A stretch of 40,883 bases of DNA from a virus (Duplodnaviria > Heunggongvirae > Uroviricota > Caudoviricetes), in IMG/VR virus record IMGVR_UViG_2923334124_000004. One strand, given 5' to 3'. A model generated the notes under the pieces. It had not been told where the DNA came from. It did not search any database and worked only from the letters and a program-made list of their open reading frames with translations. Both the position numbers and the translations under genes were made by a program. Of this stretch, positions 9,138 through 17,317 are shown in pieces (the stretch's first letter is position 1; every line of letters begins with the position of its first letter).

Positions 9138-9170
9138 ACCGGAAAGCATTGTGCTTTCCGGTTTTGTTTC
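9138..9170 (+). terminator. rho-independent terminator downstream of the repressor gene
   Basis: Stem ACCGGAAAGCA / TGCTTTCCGGT with 3-nt loop, followed by TTTGTTTC. Confidence 0.55.
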
Positions 9171-9933
9171 AGAAGTTGCAGATTAGCAGTTCACGGCGCG
9201 GCGTGGGTTTACCCGCCAGACTGTAGTTGATATTCACTGTCTGTATGTTCAGTCCAGTGAACACCTCGCGCATCTGCGGGATGTCGTTCACCGAAATTAT
9301 CATTTTTCCTCTGATGCACCGGGCCAGCTCTGCCAGCCGCGAGTAGTTCCCTTCAGGAAAATCCACACCATAGCCTTCCGTACCCAGGTACGGTGGGTCG
9401 CAGTAGAACAGCGTGTGCGGACGATCATAACGCTCAATGCACTGTTGCCAGTCCATGTGTTCTATGACTGTTCTGGAAAGCCGCAGGTGTGCCGCTGACA
9501 GTTCTTCTTCAATACGTAGCAGGTTGAAGCGTGGCGGGGATGTGGTGGAGGTACCGAAGCTGTGCTCTGCCACCTTGCCGCCAAACGCCTGCTTCTGAAG
9601 GTAGTAGAACCGTGCCGCACGCTGGATATCCGTCAGTGTTTCTTCCGGGGTGATCTGCAGCCATTTGTAGATCTGACGGCTGACCAGCGCCCATTTGAAC
9701 TGGCGGACAAATTCTTCCAGGTGATGCTTTACCACCCGGTACAGATTCACCAGTTCACCGTTGATATCATTGATGACTTCGATCTTGCCGGGTGTCTTAA
9801 GAAAATAGAGCGCTGCTGCCCCACAAAACGGCTCCACATAACATTCATGCGCCGGAAACAGCGGCAGAATGTGTTTTGCAAGGCGGCGTTTGCCACCAAT
9901 CCACGGCACGATGGGTAATGTCTGCATTTTCAT
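9169..9933 (-). CDS. Dam-family N6-adenine DNA methyltransferase
   Basis: N-terminal PWIGGKRRL...FCGAAAL (AdoMet-binding) and DPPY catalytic motif; start set to ATG 9931-9933 (the track ORF runs to 10023). Confidence 0.8.
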   Translation of the reverse strand: MKMQTLPIVPWIGGKRRLAKHILPLFPAHECYVEPFCGAAALYFLKTPGKIEVINDINGELVNLYRVVKHHLEEFVRQFKWALVSRQIYKWLQITPEETLTDIQRAARFYYLQKQAFGGKVAEHSFGTSTTSPPRFNLLRIEEELSAAHLRLSRTVIEHMDWQQCIERYDRPHTLFYCDPPYLGTEGYGVDFPEGNYSRLAELARCIRGKMIISVNDIPQMREVFTGLNIQTVNINYSLAGKPTPRRELLICNF

Positions 9934-10123
9934 AATCTGCAAGCCTTTTACAATTATTAAAAAATATGGCAGTCTGGTCAGGTCTCGCGAGACTGACTGA
10001 ACCTTGGTCGGCTCACAGCGCATTCCTGTGGGGCGATGACCAGCCCGGCTTTCGGGTGCCGGGCTGGTCGTTCTTTCATGATGCGGCAGGGATGGCGGGA
10101 TTTCTGTTAATGTGGTTTAGGGA

Positions 10124-10339
10124 TTATCCGGGGCGATTTTCTGACCTTATCCGGTCCAGGGCATAAGTAATACCTTCTGCAAAAACAGAAGTATCAAACT
10201 GCTTTTGTATTCCCTGAAAATGAAAAGCGGCACGACAGACACTCAGTTCTCCGCGGTATAACCGGATAATATCTTCCAGAACATTGTTCACTGCTTCAGC
10301 ACGGCGCTGATGTTCTGTTAACGTTAATCGGGGATTCAT
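10124..10339 (-). CDS. hypothetical protein
   Basis: 71 aa ORF; its start codon overlaps the start of the divergent ORF at 10338 (TCATGATG), so at least one of the two calls is uncertain. Confidence 0.25.
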   Translation of the reverse strand: MNPRLTLTEHQRRAEAVNNVLEDIIRLYRGELSVCRAAFHFQGIQKQFDTSVFAEGITYALDRIRSENRPG

Positions 10340-10742
10340 GATGCACTCCTTAAATGATGATTTTTATGTACTCACCGGCAAAATATTCTGCCGATTACTG
10401 AACACGCATCCGGCACCTCAGGTTTTGATTTATTCTGGTTTTTTCGATATCCCGGACCAGGTTGATCACGACCAGAAAAAGTGCCGGTGTTTTATTGATA
10501 CGCTGATATGGCTTCGGGATAACAGCTATATTCGTTACTCTCAGTTGCTGGCTGTGGGAGCGGCTGATGTCGTCCTCACGGAAAAAACGCTCTGTCTGCT
10601 CAATGCCATGCCGACCTTTCTGCAGCCCCGGCCCGTACCATTTAAAGAGTCACTTCTGGATGCAGTAAAAACCGGTGAAAATGCAGTCATCGCTGAATGC
10701 GTATCCCGGATTATGCGTTACGTGTTTAATGAACGTAAGTGA
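10338..10742 (+). CDS. hypothetical protein
   Basis: 134 aa ORF; its 3' end overlaps the 3' end of the convergent NTPase gene by 25 bp. Confidence 0.35.
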   Translation: MMHSLNDDFYVLTGKIFCRLLNTHPAPQVLIYSGFFDIPDQVDHDQKKCRCFIDTLIWLRDNSYIRYSQLLAVGAADVVLTEKTLCLLNAMPTFLQPRPVPFKESLLDAVKTGENAVIAECVSRIMRYVFNERK

Positions 10743-11446
10743 GGTTTATCCGCTGTCTGCATAATCCCGATAGCCAGTGCGAGGGGAAGTAATTCCGGGG
10801 AAACTCTTTCAAACAGCGATGCCCATTCTCCTCTCGCCATCACTCTGTCCAGCCCGCCCTCCAGTTGCATTTCAGCAATCTTCCTGATTTCCCGGAACAA
10901 CGCCGCTTTGATCTCTTCATGCTCAGCTTTATTTTCCGGTGTCAGAAGGTATTCGTCGAAGAACCGGGGAGGCTGGTTAATCGGGATGTGTTCCTGTTTG
11001 CCGTACTTCGGGGACGAACAACATTCTGTTGACTGACCAGTGAGTTTACGTAACTCCTTCATGAGCAGCTCCTGATCGTAAACTGTCATCAGTGCCGCAA
11101 TGGTGGCATGCAGTGCATCGGGCAGTATCCAGGGTTGCCGGCCCGTGGGGCATATAACATCCAGCAGCTCATTCGTCCGACAGATACGCTCCTCGCCGTA
11201 TGACAACAGGCCCTGTCCCGTGTATTCCTCCAGCCTGATCACTGTGCCAGCCCGTGGTTTCTGCCATGTGCTCAGATCATCCCCACTCATACGGCGCTCA
11301 CCGTCCACGTCTGCGGCGTCGACAATGACGCTGTTTCCGAATTCCTGTTTCACCACTTCCTCTATTCGCGCCAGTACGTAACTTTTACCGCTGCCCACAG
11401 GACCGGACACGGTGACAGTGATGACCGGATTCAGTGTCTGCGTCAT
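10718..11446 (-). CDS. P-loop NTPase / kinase-like protein (uncharacterised)
   Basis: 242 aa; Walker A GPVGSGKS near the N-terminus followed by hhhhD (VIVDAAD); no confident family assignment. Confidence 0.5.
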   Translation of the reverse strand: MTQTLNPVITVTVSGPVGSGKSYVLARIEEVVKQEFGNSVIVDAADVDGERRMSGDDLSTWQKPRAGTVIRLEEYTGQGLLSYGEERICRTNELLDVICPTGRQPWILPDALHATIAALMTVYDQELLMKELRKLTGQSTECCSSPKYGKQEHIPINQPPRFFDEYLLTPENKAEHEEIKAALFREIRKIAEMQLEGGLDRVMARGEWASLFERVSPELLPLALAIGIMQTADKPHLRSLNT

Positions 11447-11513
11447 ATCGTATTCTCCTCTGTGAATAATTCATCGTTTATCCTGCACATCCCGTATCCC
11501 CGGCTCTCTTAAC

Positions 11514-11527
11514 GCGCTTTAAAATCC
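11514..11527 (+). promoter_or_regulatory. candidate late-promoter element (GCGCTTTAAAATCC) upstream of the lysis cassette
   Basis: One of four intergenic copies of a CCTTTAwwAwC-like motif upstream of late operons. Confidence 0.3.
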
Positions 11528-11576
11528 TTCGCGCCCTGTATTTGTGATGCTGTCTCCACCAGATAAGGAGACACAC

Positions 11577-11927
11577 ATGAAAAACCTGAAAAAATTCATT
11601 CCCCCTGTTAAAAAACCTCGCCTCAGCGGCTGGCTGCTGACCTCAGTGCTGTTGCTGGGCACCATCGCTCTGGTCTCACCACAGCAGCTGCCTGTTGTGA
11701 TCTACAAGCTGGCACTCATCACGCTGGCAGCAGTGCTGGGTTACTGGCTTGACCGTTCGCTCTTCCCCAAAGCCCGTCCCGGTCAGTACCTGAAACATGA
11801 CGACAGGCTGATGGCTGAAGGGCGTTTCCCGGTACAGACCGGCCTTCACCTGGTGTTTTCTGCTGCGTTAATCCGCCGTGCACTGATTGTTGCAGCGGTC
11901 TGCCTGGCTGTTGCGATGGGGCTTTAA
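11577..11927 (+). CDS. holin-like membrane protein (putative)
   Basis: About three hydrophobic segments; directly upstream of the endolysin; start set to ATG 11577 preceded by AAGGAGA. Confidence 0.45.
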   Translation: MKNLKKFIPPVKKPRLSGWLLTSVLLLGTIALVSPQQLPVVIYKLALITLAAVLGYWLDRSLFPKARPGQYLKHDDRLMAEGRFPVQTGLHLVFSAALIRRALIVAAVCLAVAMGL

Positions 11928-11929
11928 TC

Positions 11930-12670
11930 ATGAACTGGCCGCAGATCACCTGGATTGTATGCATGTCCCTGAAACTGGCTTTCGAAGCCTTTCGGGTCTT
12001 CATCAGAACCGAACGCCTGTCAGTCCGCGCCGGGACCTTTCTGGTTCATATGGCATGGGTATTCTTTGTCGCAATGTTGCTCTGGTGTGGCGGCTTTTTC
12101 AGCCAGGCATGCGCAGCACAACCTCCGCAGGCTGCGCTGCAGTATCGCGATGATGTGATCCGTAATGCCCGGCTTGAATGGGGACTGTCTGCGCCGGTGG
12201 CCGATTTCGCCGCGCAACTGCATCAGGAAAGCGGCTGGCGACCTGATGCGATCTCGCCGGCTGGCGCTCAGGGACTGGCGCAGTTCATGCCTGCCACTGC
12301 CGACTGGATAAGCCAGTTGATACCGATGCTGAGCAGTCGTGAGCCGTTTAATCCGGCATGGGCTATCCGGGCGCTGGTCAGCTATGACCGCTGGCTGTGG
12401 CAGCGTGTCAGCGCCGCCAGTGACTGCGAGCGTATGGCCATGACACTGTCGGGCTATAACGGTGGTCTGGGCTGGGTACAACGGGACAGGCGGCTTGCAT
12501 CACAGAAAGGTCTGGACAGCACCCGCTGGTTCGGACATGTCGCCACGGTGAATGCCGGACGCAATGCGGCCAGCTGGCGGGAGAACCGCCATTATCCGCA
12601 GCGCATCCTGCGCGAACTGGCACCGCGATATCTCACATGGGGAGGCAGCAGTTGTGTGGCATCTGGTTAA
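11930..12670 (+). CDS. lytic transglycosylase (SLT-domain endolysin)
   Basis: ESGWRPDAISPAGAQGLAQFMPATADWI matches the SLT catalytic region; lies between a holin-like gene and the spanin genes. Confidence 0.7.
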   Translation: MNWPQITWIVCMSLKLAFEAFRVFIRTERLSVRAGTFLVHMAWVFFVAMLLWCGGFFSQACAAQPPQAALQYRDDVIRNARLEWGLSAPVADFAAQLHQESGWRPDAISPAGAQGLAQFMPATADWISQLIPMLSSREPFNPAWAIRALVSYDRWLWQRVSAASDCERMAMTLSGYNGGLGWVQRDRRLASQKGLDSTRWFGHVATVNAGRNAASWRENRHYPQRILRELAPRYLTWGGSSCVASG

Positions 12671-13304
12671 AAAGCTGCCGTGGCGCGGCATTCTGCTGGC
12701 CATTCTTATCAATGCCTTTCTGGTCGGCCTGTATGCCATGGGATACAGAAGTGGTCATGACTCTGCAAAGCGTGACGGTGATACCGCGCTAAGTCAGTTG
12801 CAGTCAGCATTTGACGCGTACAAAACGGAGCAGGCAACGCTTGAGAATGCTGCGCTGCGGGCCTGGGCCAGACGGTATCAGGAGCAGGTGGCCGCCGGGC
12901 AGCGGGCTGAAGCCGGTTATCTTGAGCAGATTGCTCAACTGGAGAGCCGGAACAAACAACTACAGGGGCAAATTAACGATGTCACACAGCGCTGGATTGA
13001 TGAAAAAGGTAAGAGTCATCCCATTGAGTGCGTGTTTACTCGCGGTTTCGTGCGCCAGTACAACGCCGCACTCGGATATGACAACGCATCCGTCGACACC
13101 GGTCATTCAGACTCAGTTGCCGCCACTGGCACCCGCTCTGGCACAGCGACCGGGCAACCTGAAACCACTGACACCCGGTTACGCGATTCGGGTGTCTCCC
13201 AGCGTGACGTTCTCGCCAACATCATCGACAACGCATGGCAATGTCGTCGCTGGCGGAACCAGATAAACGCGCTGCTGGATGAACGGGAAGGATTACAGAA
13301 ATGA
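12654..13304 (+). CDS. i-spanin (Rz-like)
   Basis: GTG 12654 preceded by GGAGG; N-terminal TM segment then coiled-coil rich periplasmic domain; contains an embedded +1-frame lipoprotein ORF. Confidence 0.55.
   Translation: MWHLVKKLPWRGILLAILINAFLVGLYAMGYRSGHDSAKRDGDTALSQLQSAFDAYKTEQATLENAALRAWARRYQEQVAAGQRAEAGYLEQIAQLESRNKQLQGQINDVTQRWIDEKGKSHPIECVFTRGFVRQYNAALGYDNASVDTGHSDSVAATGTRSGTATGQPETTDTRLRDSGVSQRDVLANIIDNAWQCRRWRNQINALLDEREGLQK
13000..13266 (+). CDS. o-spanin (Rz1-like lipoprotein), embedded within the i-spanin gene
   Basis: MKKVRVIPLSACLLAVSC signal/lipobox followed by a proline-rich short protein, entirely inside the Rz-like ORF in another frame. Confidence 0.55.
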   Translation: MKKVRVIPLSACLLAVSCASTTPHSDMTTHPSTPVIQTQLPPLAPALAQRPGNLKPLTPGYAIRVSPSVTFSPTSSTTHGNVVAGGTR

Positions 13305-13627
13305 CACTGCAGGTTGAATTCTGGACGGTGGTGAGTTTTCTGCTCACCTTCATGAGGTTTGTGGGAGGGCTCGCCAAATGGTTGTTCAGTAAAACAGAAG
13401 AACGCCAGGCGGCACGATTCGCCTCCCTTGAACAGGCCCTGCAACAATCCGCCTCCAACTGGGGCGAGCTGGAAAAAGAATTTATGCGATTTAAAGCGGA
13501 TTTACCGCTGAATTATGTCCGTCGAGAGGATTATATCCGTGGCCAGACAGTCATTGAGGCCAAACTGGACGCGCTTTATAACAAACTGGAAGTGGTACAG
13601 CAGTACCGCAATACCGGAGGTCAATAA
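13301..13627 (+). CDS. hypothetical membrane-anchored protein
   Basis: 108 aa; N-terminal hydrophobic segment then helical region. Confidence 0.4.
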   Translation: MTLQVEFWTVVSFLLTFMRFVGGLAKWLFSKTEERQAARFASLEQALQQSASNWGELEKEFMRFKADLPLNYVRREDYIRGQTVIEAKLDALYNKLEVVQQYRNTGGQ

Positions 13628-13938
13628 TGGTCGATATTACCCGGGTACGCCGCGAATCCCTGCGCTGGAGTCTGCTGGTTGCCCTGAACAAGACCCGCCC
13701 TTACACCGCCAGCGAGACGCTGCTGCTGGATGTGTCCCGTGCCATCTACCCGGACACCACACCGCTGGAACTGCGCCGCGAACTGGATTATCTGGCTGAC
13801 CGTAAAATGGTTGAGCTGGAGAAAAAACCTTCTGGCGACTGGTTTGCTGACCTGACCCGCCTCGGCGTAGACCTGGTGGAATACACCGTGGAATGTGGTC
13901 CGGGTATTGCCCGCCCGGAAAAGTACTGGAGTGAATAA
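13627..13938 (+). CDS. hypothetical phage protein
   Basis: 103 aa ORF translationally coupled (TAATG) to neighbours in the late operon. Confidence 0.4.
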   Translation: MVDITRVRRESLRWSLLVALNKTRPYTASETLLLDVSRAIYPDTTPLELRRELDYLADRKMVELEKKPSGDWFADLTRLGVDLVEYTVECGPGIARPEKYWSE

Positions 13939-14483
13939 TGGCCAGACGCAGCACAATAGAAAAGCTGCCGGAAGACGTGCGCCGCTGGCTTGAACGGGCG
14001 CTGACTGAATCCGGCTTCAGCGGGTATAACGAGCTGGAGTCACTGTTGCGTGAGCGGGGGTACGTCATCAGCAAATCCGCTATCCATCGCTATGGACAGA
14101 AGATTGAGCGCCGCTATGGTGCTATCCGTGCGGCAACAGAAGCGGCCCGCATGCTGACCGAAGGCGCAGCAGACGATCAGGATGCGCGTTCGGAGGCTGT
14201 GATAGCCCTTATTCAGACCGAGCTGTTCGAGAGTATTGTCCAGTTGCAGGAGGCGGAAGAAGGCGAAGTCGATCCTAAAGAACGCGTGGCCCTGCTGTCG
14301 AAGGTGGCGAAGAATGTGGCTACGCTGTCCCGCGCGTCCGTCAACCTCAAAAAGTTCCAGTCTGAAGTACGGGCCAGAGCGCAGCAGGCAGCCAGCAACG
14401 CCGAGAAAATTGCCCGTAAGGGGGGACTGTCAAGCGACGCAGTACAGGCGCTTCGTCGCGAGATTCTGGGGATTGCCACATGA
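13938..14483 (+). CDS. terminase small subunit-like protein (Mu gp27-like)
   Basis: 181 aa; position immediately upstream of the large terminase; helical, charged DNA-binding-like N-terminus. Confidence 0.5.
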   Translation: MARRSTIEKLPEDVRRWLERALTESGFSGYNELESLLRERGYVISKSAIHRYGQKIERRYGAIRAATEAARMLTEGAADDQDARSEAVIALIQTELFESIVQLQEAEEGEVDPKERVALLSKVAKNVATLSRASVNLKKFQSEVRARAQQAASNAEKIARKGGLSSDAVQALRREILGIAT

Positions 14484-14777
14484 CAAAATCATCCGGAGTG
14501 ATTTTAAACGCCGCTGGCGGCGGCCCCGAAGGGATGAGTCCCATGGACGGGAGGAATAACCTTGCTCCCGTTTTGCCTGATACCTCGGCGCTGGATGCCC
14601 CTCCCGTTCTGTTGCCTTACCAGCAGCGCTGGGTGGCAGACACCTCTCCGCTTAAGGTGATAGAAAAGAGCCGTCGTACCGGTATTACATGGGCTGAGGC
14701 ATCCGATAACGTACTGACCGCCGCCTCTTCTGCGCCAGCAGGCGGGATGAATGTGTATTACATCGCTTATAACCAGG
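14480..14777 (+). pseudogene. terminase large subunit, 5' fragment (interrupted by an IS66-family element)
   Basis: The reading frame runs into the IS at 14778; joining 14777 to 17318 restores one continuous frame (...YNQ-D-MTVEYIQ...) of about 531 codons. Confidence 0.7.
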
Positions 14778-14862
14778 GTAAGCGTAAACTGACCGCCGTA
14801 TGTAGCCATCAGACGAGAATTGGTAACTTAGACGCCCATCTGATATAGACGGACATCTAAGT

Positions 14863-15288
14863 ATGGAATTACAGGACTGGCGAAAAGAACCTCGTAAAAA
14901 CTATTCGAATGAATTCAAACTTCGTATGGTGGAACTGGCATCACAACCTGGAGCTTGTGTTGCACAGATTGCACGTGAAAATGGCGTCAATGATAATGTT
15001 ATTTTCAAATGGCTCAGGCTCTGGCAGAACGAAGGGCGTGTTTCGCGGCGTCTTCCGGTAACGACCTCTTCTGACACTGGCGTTGAATTATTACCTGTAG
15101 AAATAACGCCGGATGAGCAGAAAGAACCTGTGGCGGCCATTGCGCCGTCTTTATCCACTTCCACTCAGACCAGAGTCAGTGCCAGTTCCTGCAAGGTGGA
15201 ATTCCGTCACGGTAACATGACGCTGGAAAATCCATCGCCAGAGCTGCTCACAGTGTTGATCCGTGAACTGACCGGGAGGGGAAGATGA
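14863..15288 (+). CDS. tnpA: IS66-family accessory protein TnpA (orf1)
   Basis: 141 aa, first ORF of the IS; HTH-like N-terminus typical of IS66 orf1. Confidence 0.7.
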   Translation: MELQDWRKEPRKNYSNEFKLRMVELASQPGACVAQIARENGVNDNVIFKWLRLWQNEGRVSRRLPVTTSSDTGVELLPVEITPDEQKEPVAAIAPSLSTSTQTRVSASSCKVEFRHGNMTLENPSPELLTVLIRELTGRGR

Positions 15289-15635
15289 TCTCACTCCCAT
15301 CAGGTACCCGTATCTGGCTCGTTGCCGGCGTTACCGATATGCGTAAATCCTTCAACGGACTGGGAGAACAGGTACAACATGTGCTGAATGATAATCCCTT
15401 CTCCGGTCACCTGTTTATCTTCCGTGGCCGACGGGGTGACACCGTCAAAATTCTTTGGGCTGATGCTGATGGTCTGTGCCTGTTCACCAAACGCCTGGAG
15501 GAAGGCCAGTTTATCTGGCCTGCGGTACGTGACGGCAAGGTATCCATTACCCGCTCGCAACTGGCAATGCTCCTCGATAAGCTGGACTGGCGTCAGCCAA
15601 AAACATCCAGCCGTAACTCACTGACAATGTTGTAA
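15285..15635 (+). CDS. tnpB: IS66-family protein TnpB (orf2)
   Basis: 116 aa; overlaps orf1 by 4 nt as is usual in IS66; conserved IS66 orf2 character. Confidence 0.7.
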   Translation: MISLPSGTRIWLVAGVTDMRKSFNGLGEQVQHVLNDNPFSGHLFIFRGRRGDTVKILWADADGLCLFTKRLEEGQFIWPAVRDGKVSITRSQLAMLLDKLDWRQPKTSSRNSLTML

Positions 15636-15665
15636 AAAACTCCTGACCGCATTATAAAAACGGTC

Positions 15666-17279
15666 ATGAGTCAGAAATACCTCATTCGCATCGCAGAGCT
15701 GGAAAGGTTGCTCTCTGAGCAGGCTGAAGCCCTCCGTCAGAAAGACCAGCAACTGAGTCTGGTTGAAGAGACGGAAGCCTTCCTGCGCTCTGCACTGACA
15801 CGTGCCGAAGAAAAGATCGAAGAAGATGAACGGGAAATAGAACATCTGCGGGCTCAGATAGAAAAACTGCGCCGGATGCTGTTCGGTACCCGTTCTGAAA
15901 AACTGCGTCGTGAAGTTGAACTGGCTGAGGCTCTGCTGAAACAACGTGAACAGGACAGCGATCGTTACAGTGGGCGGGAAGACGATCCTCAGGTTCCCCG
16001 CCAGTTGCGACAGTCGCGCCATCGTCGTCCGTTACCGGCACACCTTCCCCGTGAAATACACCGCCTGGAGCCAGAAGAAAGCTGTTGCCCGGAGTGTGGC
16101 GGTGAGCTGGATTATCTGGGGGAAGTCAGCGCTGAACAGCTGGAACTGGTGAGCAGTGCCCTGAAAGTGATCCGCACAGAACGGGTAAAAAAAGCCTGTA
16201 CAAAATGTGACTGTATTGTTGAAGCACCGGCGCCGTCCCGCCCGATAGAGCGTGGTATCGCGGGCCCCGGATTACTTGCCCGCGTGTTAACGGGAAAATA
16301 CTGCGAACATCTGCCACTGTATCGTCAGAGTGAAATCTTTGCCCGCCAGGGTGTCGAACTGAGCCGGGCCTTACTCTCCAACTGGGTTGACGCGTGCTGC
16401 CAGTTAATGACACCGGTGAATGATGCCCTGTACCGTTATGTAATGAACACCCGCAAGGTTCACACTGATGACACACCGGTAAAGGTACTGGCACCGGGTC
16501 AGAAAAAGGCGAAAACAGGGCGTATCTGGACGTATGTCCGGGATGATCGCAATGTGGGTTCGTCATCTCCTCCAGCGGTCTGGTTCGCGTACTCGCCGAA
16601 CCGGCAGGGGAAACACCCGGAGCAACACCTCCGCCCCTTCCGGGGTATCCTGCAGGCGGATGCGTTCACAGGTTACGACAGGTTGTTCAGTGCAGAACGT
16701 GAAGGTGGTGCACTGACAGAAGTTGCGTGCTGGGCCCATGCCCGGCGAAAAATCCACGATGTATACATCAGCAGCAAAAGTGCGACGGCAGAAGAAGCCC
16801 TGAAGCGAATCAGTGAACTGTACGCCATCGAGGATGAAATACGGGGATTACCGGAGTCAGAGCGTCTTGCCGTCAGGCAGCAGCGAAGCAAAGTGTTACT
16901 GACGTCGCTGCATGAATGGATGGTGGAGAAGAATGGTACGCTGTCGAAAAAATCCAGACTGGGCGAAGCGTTCAGCTATGTACTGAATCAGTGGGATGCC
17001 CTCTGTTATTACAGTGATGACGGTCTGGCGGAGGCGGATAATAATGCTGCGGAAAGAGCGCTTCGTGCAGTCTGTCTCGGAAAGAAAAACTTTATGTTCT
17101 TTGGCAGCGATCACGGCGGCGAGCGTGGAGCACTGTTGTACGGGCTGATCGGCACCTGCCGTCTGAACGGTATCGATCCGGAAGCGTATCTGCGCCATAT
17201 CCTGAGCGTACTGCCGGAATGGCCTTCCAACCGAGTTGACGAACTCCTGCCATGGAACGTAGTACTCACCAATAAATAA
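15666..17279 (+). CDS. tnpC: IS66-family transposase TnpC
   Basis: 537 aa; N-terminal leucine-zipper-like coiled coil, CxxC...CxxC zinc motif (CPECG...CTKCD), and a DDE-type core, typical of IS66 transposases. Confidence 0.8.
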   Translation: MSQKYLIRIAELERLLSEQAEALRQKDQQLSLVEETEAFLRSALTRAEEKIEEDEREIEHLRAQIEKLRRMLFGTRSEKLRREVELAEALLKQREQDSDRYSGREDDPQVPRQLRQSRHRRPLPAHLPREIHRLEPEESCCPECGGELDYLGEVSAEQLELVSSALKVIRTERVKKACTKCDCIVEAPAPSRPIERGIAGPGLLARVLTGKYCEHLPLYRQSEIFARQGVELSRALLSNWVDACCQLMTPVNDALYRYVMNTRKVHTDDTPVKVLAPGQKKAKTGRIWTYVRDDRNVGSSSPPAVWFAYSPNRQGKHPEQHLRPFRGILQADAFTGYDRLFSAEREGGALTEVACWAHARRKIHDVYISSKSATAEEALKRISELYAIEDEIRGLPESERLAVRQQRSKVLLTSLHEWMVEKNGTLSKKSRLGEAFSYVLNQWDALCYYSDDGLAEADNNAAERALRAVCLGKKNFMFFGSDHGGERGALLYGLIGTCRLNGIDPEAYLRHILSVLPEWPSNRVDELLPWNVVLTNK

Positions 17280-17317
17280 GCGTCAATACGGTGCTCCGTT
17301 GACGCTTACTAACCAGG

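Larger units (their letters stand above)
14778..17309 (+). mobile_element. IS66-family insertion sequence (2532 bp) with 8-bp target-site duplication TAACCAGG
   Basis: Imperfect terminal inverted repeats starting GTAAGCGT (left 14778-, right ...ACGCTTAC 17302-17309); identical TAACCAGG at 14770-14777 and 17310-17317; three ORFs in the usual tnpA-tnpB-tnpC order. Confidence 0.8.

Noticed and set aside
9000-9230. 76-aa plus-strand ORF overlapping the repressor 3' end and the terminator hairpin
   Set aside because: It overlaps a terminator and the dam 3' end and has no coding support.
11461-11480. TGTGAATAATTCATCG resembling the host flank at the right end (TGTGAATCATCC), considered as a possible left junction
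   Set aside because: It is not followed by a terminal TG...CGATAAATG motif matching the inverted right end; most likely a coincidental 7-mer.
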